Positions 28,259-37,583 of a stretch of 64,000 bases of DNA are shown piece by piece. This stretch comes from a virus. The position numbers and the translations under genes were made by a program. Location of the stretch: the IMG/VR virus record IMGVR_UViG_3300022188_000006, positions 1 through 64,000 of that record. One strand, given 5' to 3'. The notes beneath the pieces were generated by a model. The model ran no database searches, was not told the origin of the DNA, and saw only the letters and a list, made by a program, of their open reading frames with translations. The first letter of the stretch is position 1. The number at the start of each line of letters is the position of its first letter.

Positions 28259-29798
28259 CTTCTGGGTTTAGTATTCTTTCCAGGATTTCCTCCGCGCGAT
28301 CCGCAGTAGCATGCGCACCATACGCTTCGAGCGTAGCGCGGACCTCGCCGGTTTCTACGGCCTCTCGGAGTTCTTCCTTAATGTGGTCTGGCACTTCATC
28401 CAGGTCAAATCCATCAAATATAGAGCGCTCTTGTCCAGGTCCGAAAATCAGACCGTGGTCGATGCTATACATATGTCCGTCTTTATCGACTAGGACATTG
28501 CCCGCATGACCGTCGGTGTTGGCAACAATAGCGTGGAGAATAGCTATTCGCCAGGCATCATCGAGTGCTTTCTTGCCGAACATTCGCTCCACATCTGAAG
28601 GAAACAAGAACCGGCGCCAAGACAAGAGCCTCTTTTCGCTATCAGTGACTACATCTGCTAGCGCTTCCGAATTTTCGACAAATCGCTGGCAACTTCCGTA
28701 GAACTTTTCATCGGCACTGTTGATTTCATCCAAGGGAAGAATATACAGCGCTTCGCCTTCCGCTACCTTTTGCATCTCCTCTGGAGGCGGAAGATAGTCC
28801 TTCATAACTTCCGTCTCCGGAACAATCTTCCAACCGAATAGCTTTGCAACGTCATAAGCAGCAGCTTCTCGCAAGGAAGGAGTTTCACCTTCCAAAGACT
28901 GCCTAAAGGTTCCTTCTCTCACAGACAGTACATCGTACTTCTGTATTGCTTTTGCCCCTTCTTCAGTGGTTCGGAGAAAGGATCTGCTCGCAGCGCCTTG
29001 TTTATAGAACAGCTCGACTTTTCCCTTTGCCCCCATCTTGGCCAATATTCCTCCGGCCTTTAGGAGGTGCTCATCAGGAGCCCCAGCCACATTTTTGCGT
29101 AGACCAGGTGTTATTATCTCCTCAACCGTACTGGCTGCATTGACTATTGCATCGAATTCCTCGGACTCAACATAGGCCGAAATCGAGCGTGTCACGATGT
29201 CGAGTGAGCTATACTCAGGCTCCAGTTTATCCAAGTCCTTTTTAAGCTCGTCAAAAGGTTCAACGTCGTCAAGGTCTACTCGTAGTTCGCTGAAATCCTC
29301 CCATCCCCCGTAATCACCAAGCAGCTGACTCTTGGCAATCTCTGGTACCATGGGAGAAAAGGTCCAAAGCTCCTCGGTGAAGTGTACAAAAGCTTCGCCG
29401 ATTTCTTTGAGTTTGGCGGCTGCTTCGTGCTCATCTATCTTGTCGTTCTCGTAGTCCCTGAACACGTCCTTGGCTTCTTGTTCCGCTTCGTAAATCTGGT
29501 CCCATTCTGGAACTCTTCTCTGAGGAATACGGGCTTTCTCACCAACGGGAACCCACTTATTACCTACAAAAGCGGCCTCCGCCTTAGGATCGTAGGGGAA
29601 CCACTCGCCCTTCAGTTTGATATGGAGGCCGTCTTGCCAACGGCGTATCGTACCCTCGCGGTAGCCTTTACCTGTGGGGTCTCTATGCGGATCGAATCTA
29701 GAGGGCGGTTTGTAACCCTTTGGTATTGGGTTCCAGCCCGGAAAAAGCGTTCGCTGTTGCTGTTTCCACAGCAATCGGAAACGGAAAAGGTTCAGCAC
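28239..29798 (-). CDS. HipA/PI3K-PI4K-like kinase B
   Basis: AIQK, REAAAY, GSCQRFV, NTDGHAGN, IDHG. Confidence 0.85.
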   Translation of the reverse strand: MLNLFRFRLLWKQQQRTLFPGWNPIPKGYKPPSRFDPHRDPTGKGYREGTIRRWQDGLHIKLKGEWFPYDPKAEAAFVGNKWVPVGEKARIPQRRVPEWDQIYEAEQEAKDVFRDYENDKIDEHEAAAKLKEIGEAFVHFTEELWTFSPMVPEIAKSQLLGDYGGWEDFSELRVDLDDVEPFDELKKDLDKLEPEYSSLDIVTRSISAYVESEEFDAIVNAASTVEEIITPGLRKNVAGAPDEHLLKAGGILAKMGAKGKVELFYKQGAASRSFLRTTEEGAKAIQKYDVLSVREGTFRQSLEGETPSLREAAAYDVAKLFGWKIVPETEVMKDYLPPPEEMQKVAEGEALYILPLDEINSADEKFYGSCQRFVENSEALADVVTDSEKRLLSWRRFLFPSDVERMFGKKALDDAWRIAILHAIVANTDGHAGNVLVDKDGHMYSIDHGLIFGPGQERSIFDGFDLDEVPDHIKEELREAVETGEVRATLEAYGAHATADRAEEILERILNPEDEEESS

Positions 29799-29822
29799 GA
29801 CTTGCTTCCTGTTGGGATTGAA

Positions 29823-30182
29823 TCACTTATTGCCAGATTTTTGCTTCTTCCGTTGCTTGAGCCAATCTTCTTTCTTCATCTTCCACTTGCCAGCCTGCTT
29901 GGACACATCTTCGAGACTTCCCTTGCGCAAGATAGCGCGGCTGTAGGTCCCACTACGGAAGAGCAAACCAAGGAGGAACCGGGCTCCATCCTCAGGATAG
30001 AGGCGGTCGCCATAGTAATCGGGTACCCCGTCCTCTTTCCAGGAGTGCATCCAGAACTCGCTGGAATTTTTAGTGACGTAGATCTCACCATTCCTCAGTA
30101 TCACGCGGGCCTCGGTTACCCAGTCGCCGTGACTATAGGAAATCCAATCAACTACGATGTCGTCGTTCTGCACCTTTAACAT
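29823..30182 (-). CDS. small kinase-associated protein (putative immunity)
   Basis: W...GVPDYYG..L.PEDGARFLLGLLFR.GTY.R; paralog of 31703..32029. Confidence 0.7.
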   Translation of the reverse strand: MLKVQNDDIVVDWISYSHGDWVTEARVILRNGEIYVTKNSSEFWMHSWKEDGVPDYYGDRLYPEDGARFLLGLLFRSGTYSRAILRKGSLEDVSKQAGKWKMKKEDWLKQRKKQKSGNK

Positions 30183-30209
30183 TTTGTCTCTCCATCCAGT
30201 ACACAGTAC

Positions 30210-30238
30210 ATTCTATCGCACAGGCAACAGCGCCTCAA
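30210..30238 (-). promoter_or_regulatory. internal sigma70-like promoter TTGAGG-N17-TAGAAT
   Basis: Hexamers with 17-nt spacer in front of the 119-aa gene. Confidence 0.5.
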
Positions 30239-31728
30239 CCACCAGTCAAATCAATTAGTCGTTTCAGCCTCTTCTCTACCGCTTCCGCAGCGTCACCCAG
30301 TCCATAAGGCTCCAGAGCTTGGCGAATTTGTTCCGGCTTTACTTGCCTCAGCTCCCTCTTTACCTCGTCAGGCATTTCCTCCGCCTTGAAGTCTGAAAAG
30401 ATCGAAAGAAATTCTTTTTCCCCACCAAAAGACAGGCTGTTGTCGATGGCGTACAGGTGCCCACTCTTGTCGACGAGGATGTTTCCTGGATGTCCATCGG
30501 TATTACAAGTCAGGATGTGGAAAGCCGATATCCTCCAAGCATCCTGTTCAGCCGTCTCTCCGAACCGTTCCCTGATGTACTCCGGATCCACCTGCTGGAA
30601 CTTGATGTCGCTACAGGCGTCGGCGAGGGCGCTAGAATCCTCCACGAACCGCTGACAACTTGCCTGGTAAACAGCGTCCGGGTCGGCAACTTTGCTGTAC
30701 GAGATGAATTCTGCGCCTTCTTTGTTTATGACTTTTTTCAATGTGTCAGAGTCCGGAAGGTTATCGTGGATCACACCGGTTTCAGGAACGATTTTCCAAC
30801 CGAACAACTTGGCAAGTTCGTAGGCTGCGGCTTCCCTTTGTGATGGTGGAGCATCAGTCATCAGCGTACTACGCATCTGCCCGTTTTCTGCGGCCAGCAC
30901 GTCGAATTTTTGCACAGCCTTTGTACCGTCTTCAGTTGTACGAAGCAGACAAGTGCTGGCAATTCCCTGGGTACCCAGCATCTCCAGTTTAGCAGGTCTC
31001 GCTGCCTTGGCGAAAAAGCCACCTTTCTTGACAAGGTCGGGATCCTCTCGTCCACCAATCTTTTTCCGCTTTTCAGTCGTGAGCTTGCTCATACCCTCCG
31101 CGAGTTCCATGAACATGTCGAAATCCGGACTATTTAGGAACTCGCCAATGGCCTCCGCCACAGCTAGGAGACTTTCTGGATCGTCCGGATCCATGTTCTC
31201 ATAGGCAGCGCCTATGTCGTGGTAATCGTTCATCTCGAAGAACTGGTTAGTGCGTTTAAGCACAGGCGACATCTCTGCAACATCGTTGCACATGTCGATG
31301 AGACCGCTAATAATGTCCTTCAACCCATTCGCGGCCTCCTCTCCGTCTATTTCTCCGTTTTCAGCAGCATCAGCCAGCCGAAAAGCTTCCCGCTCAACAT
31401 CGAGCAATTGCTTATCAGTAAGAACGGATATCTCGCGTTGTTGGCGTGGCTGTTTCAGGGGAACCCACTTGTTGCCACGCAGGATCGCGTGGTGCTCCTC
31501 ATCGTAGGGAAACCATTCGCCCTTGATCTTTATGTGGAGCCCGTTCGCCCAACGACGTACCGTGCCCTCGCGATAACCTCTTCCCCCAGGTTCTCGGCTG
31601 GGGTCAAACAGCCCGGCCGGTTTGTACCCCTGCGGCGGTGCCTTCGGCATCCCGGACAGCCGTGGCTGATACTGCTTCCACACACCGCGGAAATCTCTGA
31701 GCTTAATCAGCCCTGTCAGTCCGTTCAT
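30235..31728 (-). CDS. HipA/PI3K-PI4K-like kinase C
   Basis: AVQK, REAAAY, SCQRFV, NTDGHPGN, IDNS. Confidence 0.85.
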   Translation of the reverse strand: MNGLTGLIKLRDFRGVWKQYQPRLSGMPKAPPQGYKPAGLFDPSREPGGRGYREGTVRRWANGLHIKIKGEWFPYDEEHHAILRGNKWVPLKQPRQQREISVLTDKQLLDVEREAFRLADAAENGEIDGEEAANGLKDIISGLIDMCNDVAEMSPVLKRTNQFFEMNDYHDIGAAYENMDPDDPESLLAVAEAIGEFLNSPDFDMFMELAEGMSKLTTEKRKKIGGREDPDLVKKGGFFAKAARPAKLEMLGTQGIASTCLLRTTEDGTKAVQKFDVLAAENGQMRSTLMTDAPPSQREAAAYELAKLFGWKIVPETGVIHDNLPDSDTLKKVINKEGAEFISYSKVADPDAVYQASCQRFVEDSSALADACSDIKFQQVDPEYIRERFGETAEQDAWRISAFHILTCNTDGHPGNILVDKSGHLYAIDNSLSFGGEKEFLSIFSDFKAEEMPDEVKRELRQVKPEQIRQALEPYGLGDAAEAVEKRLKRLIDLTGG

Positions 31729-32029
31729 CTGACCAGTTTCCAGCTATTTCTTCCAGTTCCCACAAAAATCCCTTCACAAGTGCGACTCTTCCATAGGTTC
31801 CACCGCGCATGAGCAAACCTAGGAGAAATCGTGGACCATCCGAAGGCCGCAAGGCGCTTCCATCATAATCAGAGATACCTTGCTTTTCCCATGCCTCTAG
31901 CTGTTCCATCGGCAGATCTTTCGTGGCATAGAGTTCCCCGTCGCGCACAATGAACCTGCCGCGACGCTTCCACTCGCCATCAACGCACTGTAGATAGTCT
32001 GCCACAATATCGTCAGGACGCAGCTTCAT
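31703..32029 (-). CDS. small kinase-associated protein (putative immunity)
   Basis: W..QGISDYDG..LRPSDGPRFLLGLLMRGGTYGR. Confidence 0.7.
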   Translation of the reverse strand: MKLRPDDIVADYLQCVDGEWKRRGRFIVRDGELYATKDLPMEQLEAWEKQGISDYDGSALRPSDGPRFLLGLLMRGGTYGRVALVKGFLWELEEIAGNWSDERTDRAD

Positions 32030-32301
32030 TTCGCCTTTTTCTTTCTGTCAACGACGACAATGCGTTCCTTGTCTCCGTCCCTGGCAACCAGTGCTTCGAG
32101 AAACGCTACCTCGTCGTCCATGATAACTTGTTTCCCGTCTTTGTTTGGGATTCCGTGTCTGCGCCATGAGCGCAGAATCGACCGATCCGACCAACCGGAG
32201 GCGGTAATCTTGTTGTCCTCATAGGTCAGACGCACCTTGGAGACCCATTCTCCTTCTTCGCGTACAAAGTAATAAAAAGCCAATCCATTCTCTATCTTCA
32301 C
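32026..32301 (-). CDS. small kinase-associated protein (divergent paralog)
   Basis: GEW...W..HGIPNKDG....DD..AFLEALVAR. Confidence 0.6.
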   Translation of the reverse strand: MKIENGLAFYYFVREEGEWVSKVRLTYEDNKITASGWSDRSILRSWRRHGIPNKDGKQVIMDDEVAFLEALVARDGDKERIVVVDRKKKAK

Positions 32302-32313
32302 AGATGTTTCCTT

Positions 32314-33777
32314 CTAACGCGACAGGATGAATACATCGCCTTTCTTCAGCCTTTCCAATCGCACGAGCGCTCCCCCAACTTCTTTCTCGCTAAAACCTCT
32401 CTCGTAGAGCGTACTTGCGAGCTTCTTCTCGTCCAGCCCGCGGACCTTGTCAGAAGTTTCCGGTGACAAAATCTTGCCGCGCATTTCGCTCACGACCATG
32501 GACCAGACGATGTCTTCTGCCGGAATGGTCGGGAAGCTCAAGCTGTTGTCGATCGCTTTCAGATTTTTATCCTTGTCCACCATAACATTGTTCGCGTGAC
32601 GGTCCATATTCCCTATGAGGTAGTCAAGGACGGCTATCTGCTCCATCTGCTTGTATTGTTTCTCCGAAAGACTCTCCGTGATAATAAGCGAACCATACTC
32701 CTCAGCCCATGTACGGCCATGTACAAAATCCTGTGAGGAGCCCTGGTACTTCTTGTCGGGGTCTATTCCCCGACTCTCAGGATTATTACTTGGTAGACTA
32801 AACGTCTTGAGAGCATCTATCACAATCCCTTCATCAGGCGGGTAATCATCAACCAATGTGGTTGCTGGAACTACGTCTAAGTTCATCAAGCTAGCCACCG
32901 CGTATGCGGCTTCTTCCCTGGCAGACAGTGGTATCTCCGGATCAATGTGATCTCTAATACGGTCCGGAAGTTGCGCCAGTATGTCTTGCTTGTAGATAGC
33001 CTTCTGCCCAGATGCCGTCTCGCGTAGGAGAGTAGCCCCCACAGAGCCCTGCTCCCCGTACATACTAACATCAGCCGTGTCTGCCAGGTGTCTGAATCCC
33101 GGAATGCGCTGCATCGCTTCCTTGTCAGCCGAACCCGGCTTGTGCCGTCTCTGCCTGAATTCTTCTCTGACTTTGGCAATGGTATCTGCCACAGCGAATA
33201 GCCTCGCGTAATCGCGTCGGCTTGTTCGCGCCTCCAGCCATTCGACGAACTTGGCAACCTCTTGCTTCCCACCAACCTCTGCTTCCTTGCGCAGTGGTTC
33301 GAGCAACTGCAGACCGTAACTTCCAAGAAATCGCTGGGCAAGGTCTTTGTCGATCTGTTTCAAGCGACTGTGAACCTTGGTCAGTTTATCAAGCAGACGA
33401 GATCCAATACCTAGGGCTCGCTTATGGCTGACCTTTCCGCGCTTCAAACCGGATACGACTTTTTTTAGCAATCTGTTGTAGCGCCGCATCTGCTCCGGAG
33501 CGATCAGACCAGGTTCAGGTTTGCCAGGAAGCGGAACCCATTTTCCTTCCCGTGTCTGGTACTTGCGCTCGCCGGGCCTGTACGGGTACCAACCGTCTTG
33601 CAGCTTGATATGCGGCCCGCTGCGCCACTGCCTGACAGTGAATAGACGAAATCCTTTTCCCGGCTTCGTCTTAGTGCCTGCGGGCTGCATAGGCGGGGTC
33701 ACAGTGGCAACGCCCTGCTTCGCCACCGACATGAATCGGCGCAAGTTCAAAAGGGAAATATTGGACAAGTCACTCAC
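32314..33777 (-). CDS. HipA/PI3K-PI4K-like kinase D
   Basis: AIYK, REEAAY, VVPAT, GSSQDFV, NMDRHANN, IDNS. Confidence 0.88.
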   Translation of the reverse strand: MSDLSNISLLNLRRFMSVAKQGVATVTPPMQPAGTKTKPGKGFRLFTVRQWRSGPHIKLQDGWYPYRPGERKYQTREGKWVPLPGKPEPGLIAPEQMRRYNRLLKKVVSGLKRGKVSHKRALGIGSRLLDKLTKVHSRLKQIDKDLAQRFLGSYGLQLLEPLRKEAEVGGKQEVAKFVEWLEARTSRRDYARLFAVADTIAKVREEFRQRRHKPGSADKEAMQRIPGFRHLADTADVSMYGEQGSVGATLLRETASGQKAIYKQDILAQLPDRIRDHIDPEIPLSAREEAAYAVASLMNLDVVPATTLVDDYPPDEGIVIDALKTFSLPSNNPESRGIDPDKKYQGSSQDFVHGRTWAEEYGSLIITESLSEKQYKQMEQIAVLDYLIGNMDRHANNVMVDKDKNLKAIDNSLSFPTIPAEDIVWSMVVSEMRGKILSPETSDKVRGLDEKKLASTLYERGFSEKEVGGALVRLERLKKGDVFILSR

Positions 33778-34441
33778 CGCTGATTACCTGTTGCAGCGCC
33801 TCGGCAATAACCTTTACCTCTGTCAGTAGTTCTTCGGAGGTGACGCTGTGTTTGTCCCGCGCATACTTCCTCCAGACCTGAAACAGCCTGAACAGGAGCT
33901 TACCAATGTTCCGGCAAGATTCCTGGGTCCATCCCTCTTTGCGCACGTTCTGGATAACCATGTTCGCGACGAAATCCACATGTTGCTTGAACACGGCGTC
34001 GTCGCGGTCTTGTCCATTGAGAGCCGCCGCGGTGATCGTCCTGACCATCTCCGTGGCTTCAATGACTTCCTCCCGCGTCGATATGGTACCTTGCACCAGT
34101 TTTACCAGCACATCAGCCTCCGTTGCGCTCAGCACATATCCACCGCCGAGATCGAAACTCAGCCAGGTCGGCCTGAATCTCCTAACAAGCATCTTGGTCA
34201 GCTTGTCTGCCACCTCCACGAGCCCCAGGCCGCTCGCCCAGGTCAGTGCGTCGTTGAACTCTATGCCCATGACCGACGCGCAGATCCCGACCACAATCCC
34301 GACCGGAAGCTTCAACACGAAGCCTTTCCAGGTCAAAGGCGCCCGGTTTTTACTCTTGGCCCACCCGAGGAGAGTAGCAGCGACCCCCAGAACGACACCA
34401 CGTCCAAGCGCCCAACCGAGATTGGATGCGGCACCGTCCAT
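33770..34441 (-). CDS. membrane protein, possible holin
   Basis: 2-3 N-terminal transmembrane segments and a soluble tail. Confidence 0.55.
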   Translation of the reverse strand: MDGAASNLGWALGRGVVLGVAATLLGWAKSKNRAPLTWKGFVLKLPVGIVVGICASVMGIEFNDALTWASGLGLVEVADKLTKMLVRRFRPTWLSFDLGGGYVLSATEADVLVKLVQGTISTREEVIEATEMVRTITAAALNGQDRDDAVFKQHVDFVANMVIQNVRKEGWTQESCRNIGKLLFRLFQVWRKYARDKHSVTSEELLTEVKVIAEALQQVISGE

Positions 34442-34450
34442 GCGCTGACC

Positions 34451-34828
34451 CTAGCTTGCTTGAGCGGGCGCTTCCTGAAGTGCCTCACGCACCAGCTTGG
34501 CCAGCGCCACAGGAGAAAAAGGCTTCGGAAGCACACCAGCGACATTGTTGGACGGCAACAGCTTCCGCGTGACCTCCTTCAGCAAGCCGGAAATGATGAT
34601 GGCCCGGGACATGATGCCTTCCTTGCGAAGTTCTCTCAGGAGCTCTATGCCATCGAGCTTGGGCATCATGAAGTCCAAGACAATAAGGTCAGGTTTTTCT
34701 TCCAGCGCATTTGACAGCGCCAGAAAAGCGTCTGTGAATACCTTGACCTCGGTGCCCGGATTAAGCTTGCTGATAACCTTTGCCGCGAGGTCCGCGTGCA
34801 CTTTGTTGTCATCCACGACATAAATCAT
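34451..34828 (-). CDS. stand-alone response-regulator receiver (CheY-like)
   Basis: VVDDN, LIVLDFMMPKLDG, IISG, PKPF. Confidence 0.93.
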   Translation of the reverse strand: MIYVVDDNKVHADLAAKVISKLNPGTEVKVFTDAFLALSNALEEKPDLIVLDFMMPKLDGIELLRELRKEGIMSRAIIISGLLKEVTRKLLPSNNVAGVLPKPFSPVALAKLVREALQEAPAQAS

Positions 34829-35313
34829 TTTTGTGTCACCGTTTGGCCCTGTACGCGCTTAAACAGGGCGCCATAAAGAAATTCCCTCGAAACCATCGAC
34901 ATCGCCCACAGCATCAGCGACACCGCGATCGCAACGAATCCAGCCTTTACCCAGACGAAAGTACTCCGCGTCGCGGCGTTGAGAGTTTCCCTATCAGCTT
35001 TCCTCCTCACCATGTCTTGCAACATCTCGACGGTCTGAGACATCTCACGAACCTGACTGCAGTAGAGCTTGTTCGTCTCGGAGATCGCCTCAAACGACTC
35101 AAACACCGCTTCCAGCCGCTTCCTTATATCAGGTATCGCATCTTCAGCAACAGCCACAGCATTGGAAGCAGTCTTCGACAGGTTGTCTATCTGCTGAGTG
35201 TGTCGGTCGAGTCGTTCCTTTACCTCCTCAAGGCGTGTACTGTGTTCCCGTAGAGTTCCGACCATGTCCGTATGAAACGGGCATCCTGCGTGTATTTGCG
35301 TTGTGTCTGACAT
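34825..35313 (-). CDS. coiled-coil protein with C-terminal transmembrane helix
   Basis: Heptads, then GFVAIAVSLMLWAMSMV. Confidence 0.7.
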   Translation of the reverse strand: MSDTTQIHAGCPFHTDMVGTLREHSTRLEEVKERLDRHTQQIDNLSKTASNAVAVAEDAIPDIRKRLEAVFESFEAISETNKLYCSQVREMSQTVEMLQDMVRRKADRETLNAATRSTFVWVKAGFVAIAVSLMLWAMSMVSREFLYGALFKRVQGQTVTQK

Positions 35314-35340
35314 TCCTTGTCATGCCTCACTCTGATGTAT

Positions 35341-35736
35341 TCATCTGGCACGCATCTGCCGCATCTGCTGCTGTCGAAAATCATCCACCTCCGCTTTTCT
35401 CGTCCTCAGCGTATCTTCCAGGGCCTTGAGCGGATCACGCAAAGGATCGTTGACTCTGACCTGAATCTTCTTAGGCTCAATCATGCACGAGAACAGCTTC
35501 TTGTACACCTCCGTCTGGATCTCAAGTTCGACCAGCTTCCGTCTGTTCTCGTACAGGACTTTCCACTGAGCCCGATCCTCGTGGGCCTTCGCCTCCAATC
35601 GGGTAATCTTTCCTTCAACAGACCAAATCCATCCGGCTAACGCTGTAAGGACAATCGGAATCGAAACTAAGAGAGCGTGTCCGAGCTTCCGCTCGAACCA
35701 CGATCTGACAATCGGCGACGTCTCGCTGGCCATCAA
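35341..35736 (-). CDS. N-terminal transmembrane + coiled-coil protein
   Basis: ALLVSIPIVLTALAGWIW. Confidence 0.65.
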   Translation of the reverse strand: MMASETSPIVRSWFERKLGHALLVSIPIVLTALAGWIWSVEGKITRLEAKAHEDRAQWKVLYENRRKLVELEIQTEVYKKLFSCMIEPKKIQVRVNDPLRDPLKALEDTLRTRKAEVDDFRQQQMRQMRAR

Positions 35737-35738
35737 AA

Positions 35739-35960
35739 TCAGCTCTTCTTCACCACGGTATTGTCCGTGGTGTTGTAGGCGTAGTTGCTGCTCCCATCGT
35801 CGGCGATGAGGTCGTTCGGAATCTCGCCCGTCTGGCCTTGGCCAAGGGCCTGTCCTTCAGGCAAGTCAGCGCTGACCTGATCGGGCTCCGCGAAGAAGCC
35901 TGCGCCCTTCACGTCACTCGTGCTCGTGTCGTAGATCGGATACCAAAGTGCATCGGACAT
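35739..35960 (-). CDS. 73-aa fibre companion protein, copy 1
   Basis: Near-identical to the copies at 41953, 43798 and 45137; GGAG RBS. Confidence 0.85.
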   Translation of the reverse strand: MSDALWYPIYDTSTSDVKGAGFFAEPDQVSADLPEGQALGQGQTGEIPNDLIADDGSSNYAYNTTDNTVVKKS

Positions 35961-36035
35961 CGCTAGGACTCCTTAAATTGCTACATTAACAAGGTTCAGA
36001 ACGAACAAGTATATACAATGTAAACAACCGTTGCC

Positions 36036-36797
36036 TTAGATGGCCATACTATATCCTTGAACACGGAGATTTGCTGAGTTGTATGTCGAATTATAGGTTG
36101 TTTGGTATTGAACCGTTGTATCACCGACTGATATTAAAAGACTTCCTAAGGCTCCGCTTCCAGTTTTCTGATCAACATCTTGATGATTGTTGTACGCTAT
36201 CATCCTAGAGGTATTAGGGCTAGAAGACTGTTGAAGAAAGAACCCCCCAGATACAGAACCGGTGCCTCCAGCAGAATCTGTATAGATAATAGCATGAAAT
36301 TCAGCCGCATAAGCTATAGGAGGAACATAGTTTGAAATAGTTACAGAAGTCCAGGAAGTAGTTGCTACACCATGCAGCAGTATAACGGCTGAAAATTGTG
36401 CTTTGTCACCAGATTGTCTAAAGTATCTAAAATTACTGCTCCCGTCGTTCCGCGCTGCTCCCACCAGCCTTTTCTTCGTATAACCAGAAGGCAGGACGGG
36501 ATTAGTCGGAGAAGCAGACAGAAGCCCGGCAGCAGTTTCTGTCGCCGGATTCCAGATCAGATAGATGTAGTACCAAGTGTTCGCGGCCTCGCTACCTGTA
36601 TCCAACCCATTTGCCCCGCTGTTCGTGATGTCAATGGTGACGTCGGAACTCAACGAAATCACGGCACCCCCGTCATCGGTACCGACCGTGCTTCCTGACT
36701 TGACGACAACCTGCGTCGCGGAGCTGCACTCAATGTGCAGGTTCTTCAGCAGACTCTTTATGATCCAGGCATCAACCTGACTAGGAGACAGTCTCAT
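36036..36797 (-). CDS. tail-fibre tip module
   Basis: Conserved DITNSGANGLDTGSEAANTWYY...LPSGYTKKRLVGA.RN domain and variable C-terminus. Confidence 0.8.
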   Translation of the reverse strand: MRLSPSQVDAWIIKSLLKNLHIECSSATQVVVKSGSTVGTDDGGAVISLSSDVTIDITNSGANGLDTGSEAANTWYYIYLIWNPATETAAGLLSASPTNPVLPSGYTKKRLVGAARNDGSSNFRYFRQSGDKAQFSAVILLHGVATTSWTSVTISNYVPPIAYAAEFHAIIYTDSAGGTGSVSGGFFLQQSSSPNTSRMIAYNNHQDVDQKTGSGALGSLLISVGDTTVQYQTTYNSTYNSANLRVQGYSMAI

Positions 36798-36816
36798 TTT
36801 GTTCCCCTTCGCTATC

Positions 36817-37572
36817 CTACAAATCCAGGATAAAACCTACGCAACTTATCAGCGAATTCCAGGTAGCTTGATTACCTGCAAACACAGAAAAAACACCGGA
36901 TTCGTCGGTCATCTGCTCATAATTAACCGATGTGTACTGAACCGCGGAAGAAAAGACATCTGCGTATTGGCGATACAATCCGTTGGAGCCGGCACCTGAC
37001 TTCGCAGAATACGCTGTTCTCATTGTTATGTCGGCACCAGACGTAGGTGCACCTGCATATTGGTACAACCTCAAGGCACGGCCGATCTTAACGGGGTAAA
37101 AAGAAGCTGTGGTAACCTGAGTCCAGGAAGTAGGAATAGAACCGTTGACGAGAGCTATGGGCGTCTCGAACTCTACCAAGCCTCCTATCTGCTTGAAGAA
37201 CAAAAAATCCCCGCCAGAGCTGTTCCGGACAGCACCTACAAGGCGTTTCTGCGTATATCCTGAGGGCATAGTTGGAGCACTGTCAGACAAGGAGAACAAT
37301 CCCGCAACCGTGCCGGTACTAGGATTCTTGATCAGCCAAATATAATACAAAGTCGCAGACGCTTCGCTGCCGGTATCCAGCCCGTTGGCCCCACTATTGG
37401 TTATTGAGATGATGATATCTGAGGCTAGAGAAATCACGGAAGAACCGTCGTCGCTGCCGACCGTACTTCCGGCTTTGATAGTTACCTGCGACACACTGCT
37501 GGTTTCTAGCCGAAGGTTGTGTACCAACCTTTTTGTCAGTGCAACTGCGATTTCATTTGGATACTGAATCAT
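36817..37572 (-). CDS. tail-fibre tip module
   Basis: Same conserved domain. Confidence 0.8.
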   Translation of the reverse strand: MIQYPNEIAVALTKRLVHNLRLETSSVSQVTIKAGSTVGSDDGSSVISLASDIIISITNSGANGLDTGSEASATLYYIWLIKNPSTGTVAGLFSLSDSAPTMPSGYTQKRLVGAVRNSSGGDFLFFKQIGGLVEFETPIALVNGSIPTSWTQVTTASFYPVKIGRALRLYQYAGAPTSGADITMRTAYSAKSGAGSNGLYRQYADVFSSAVQYTSVNYEQMTDESGVFSVFAGNQATWNSLISCVGFILDL

Positions 37573-37583
37573 CTTCGCCTTCC

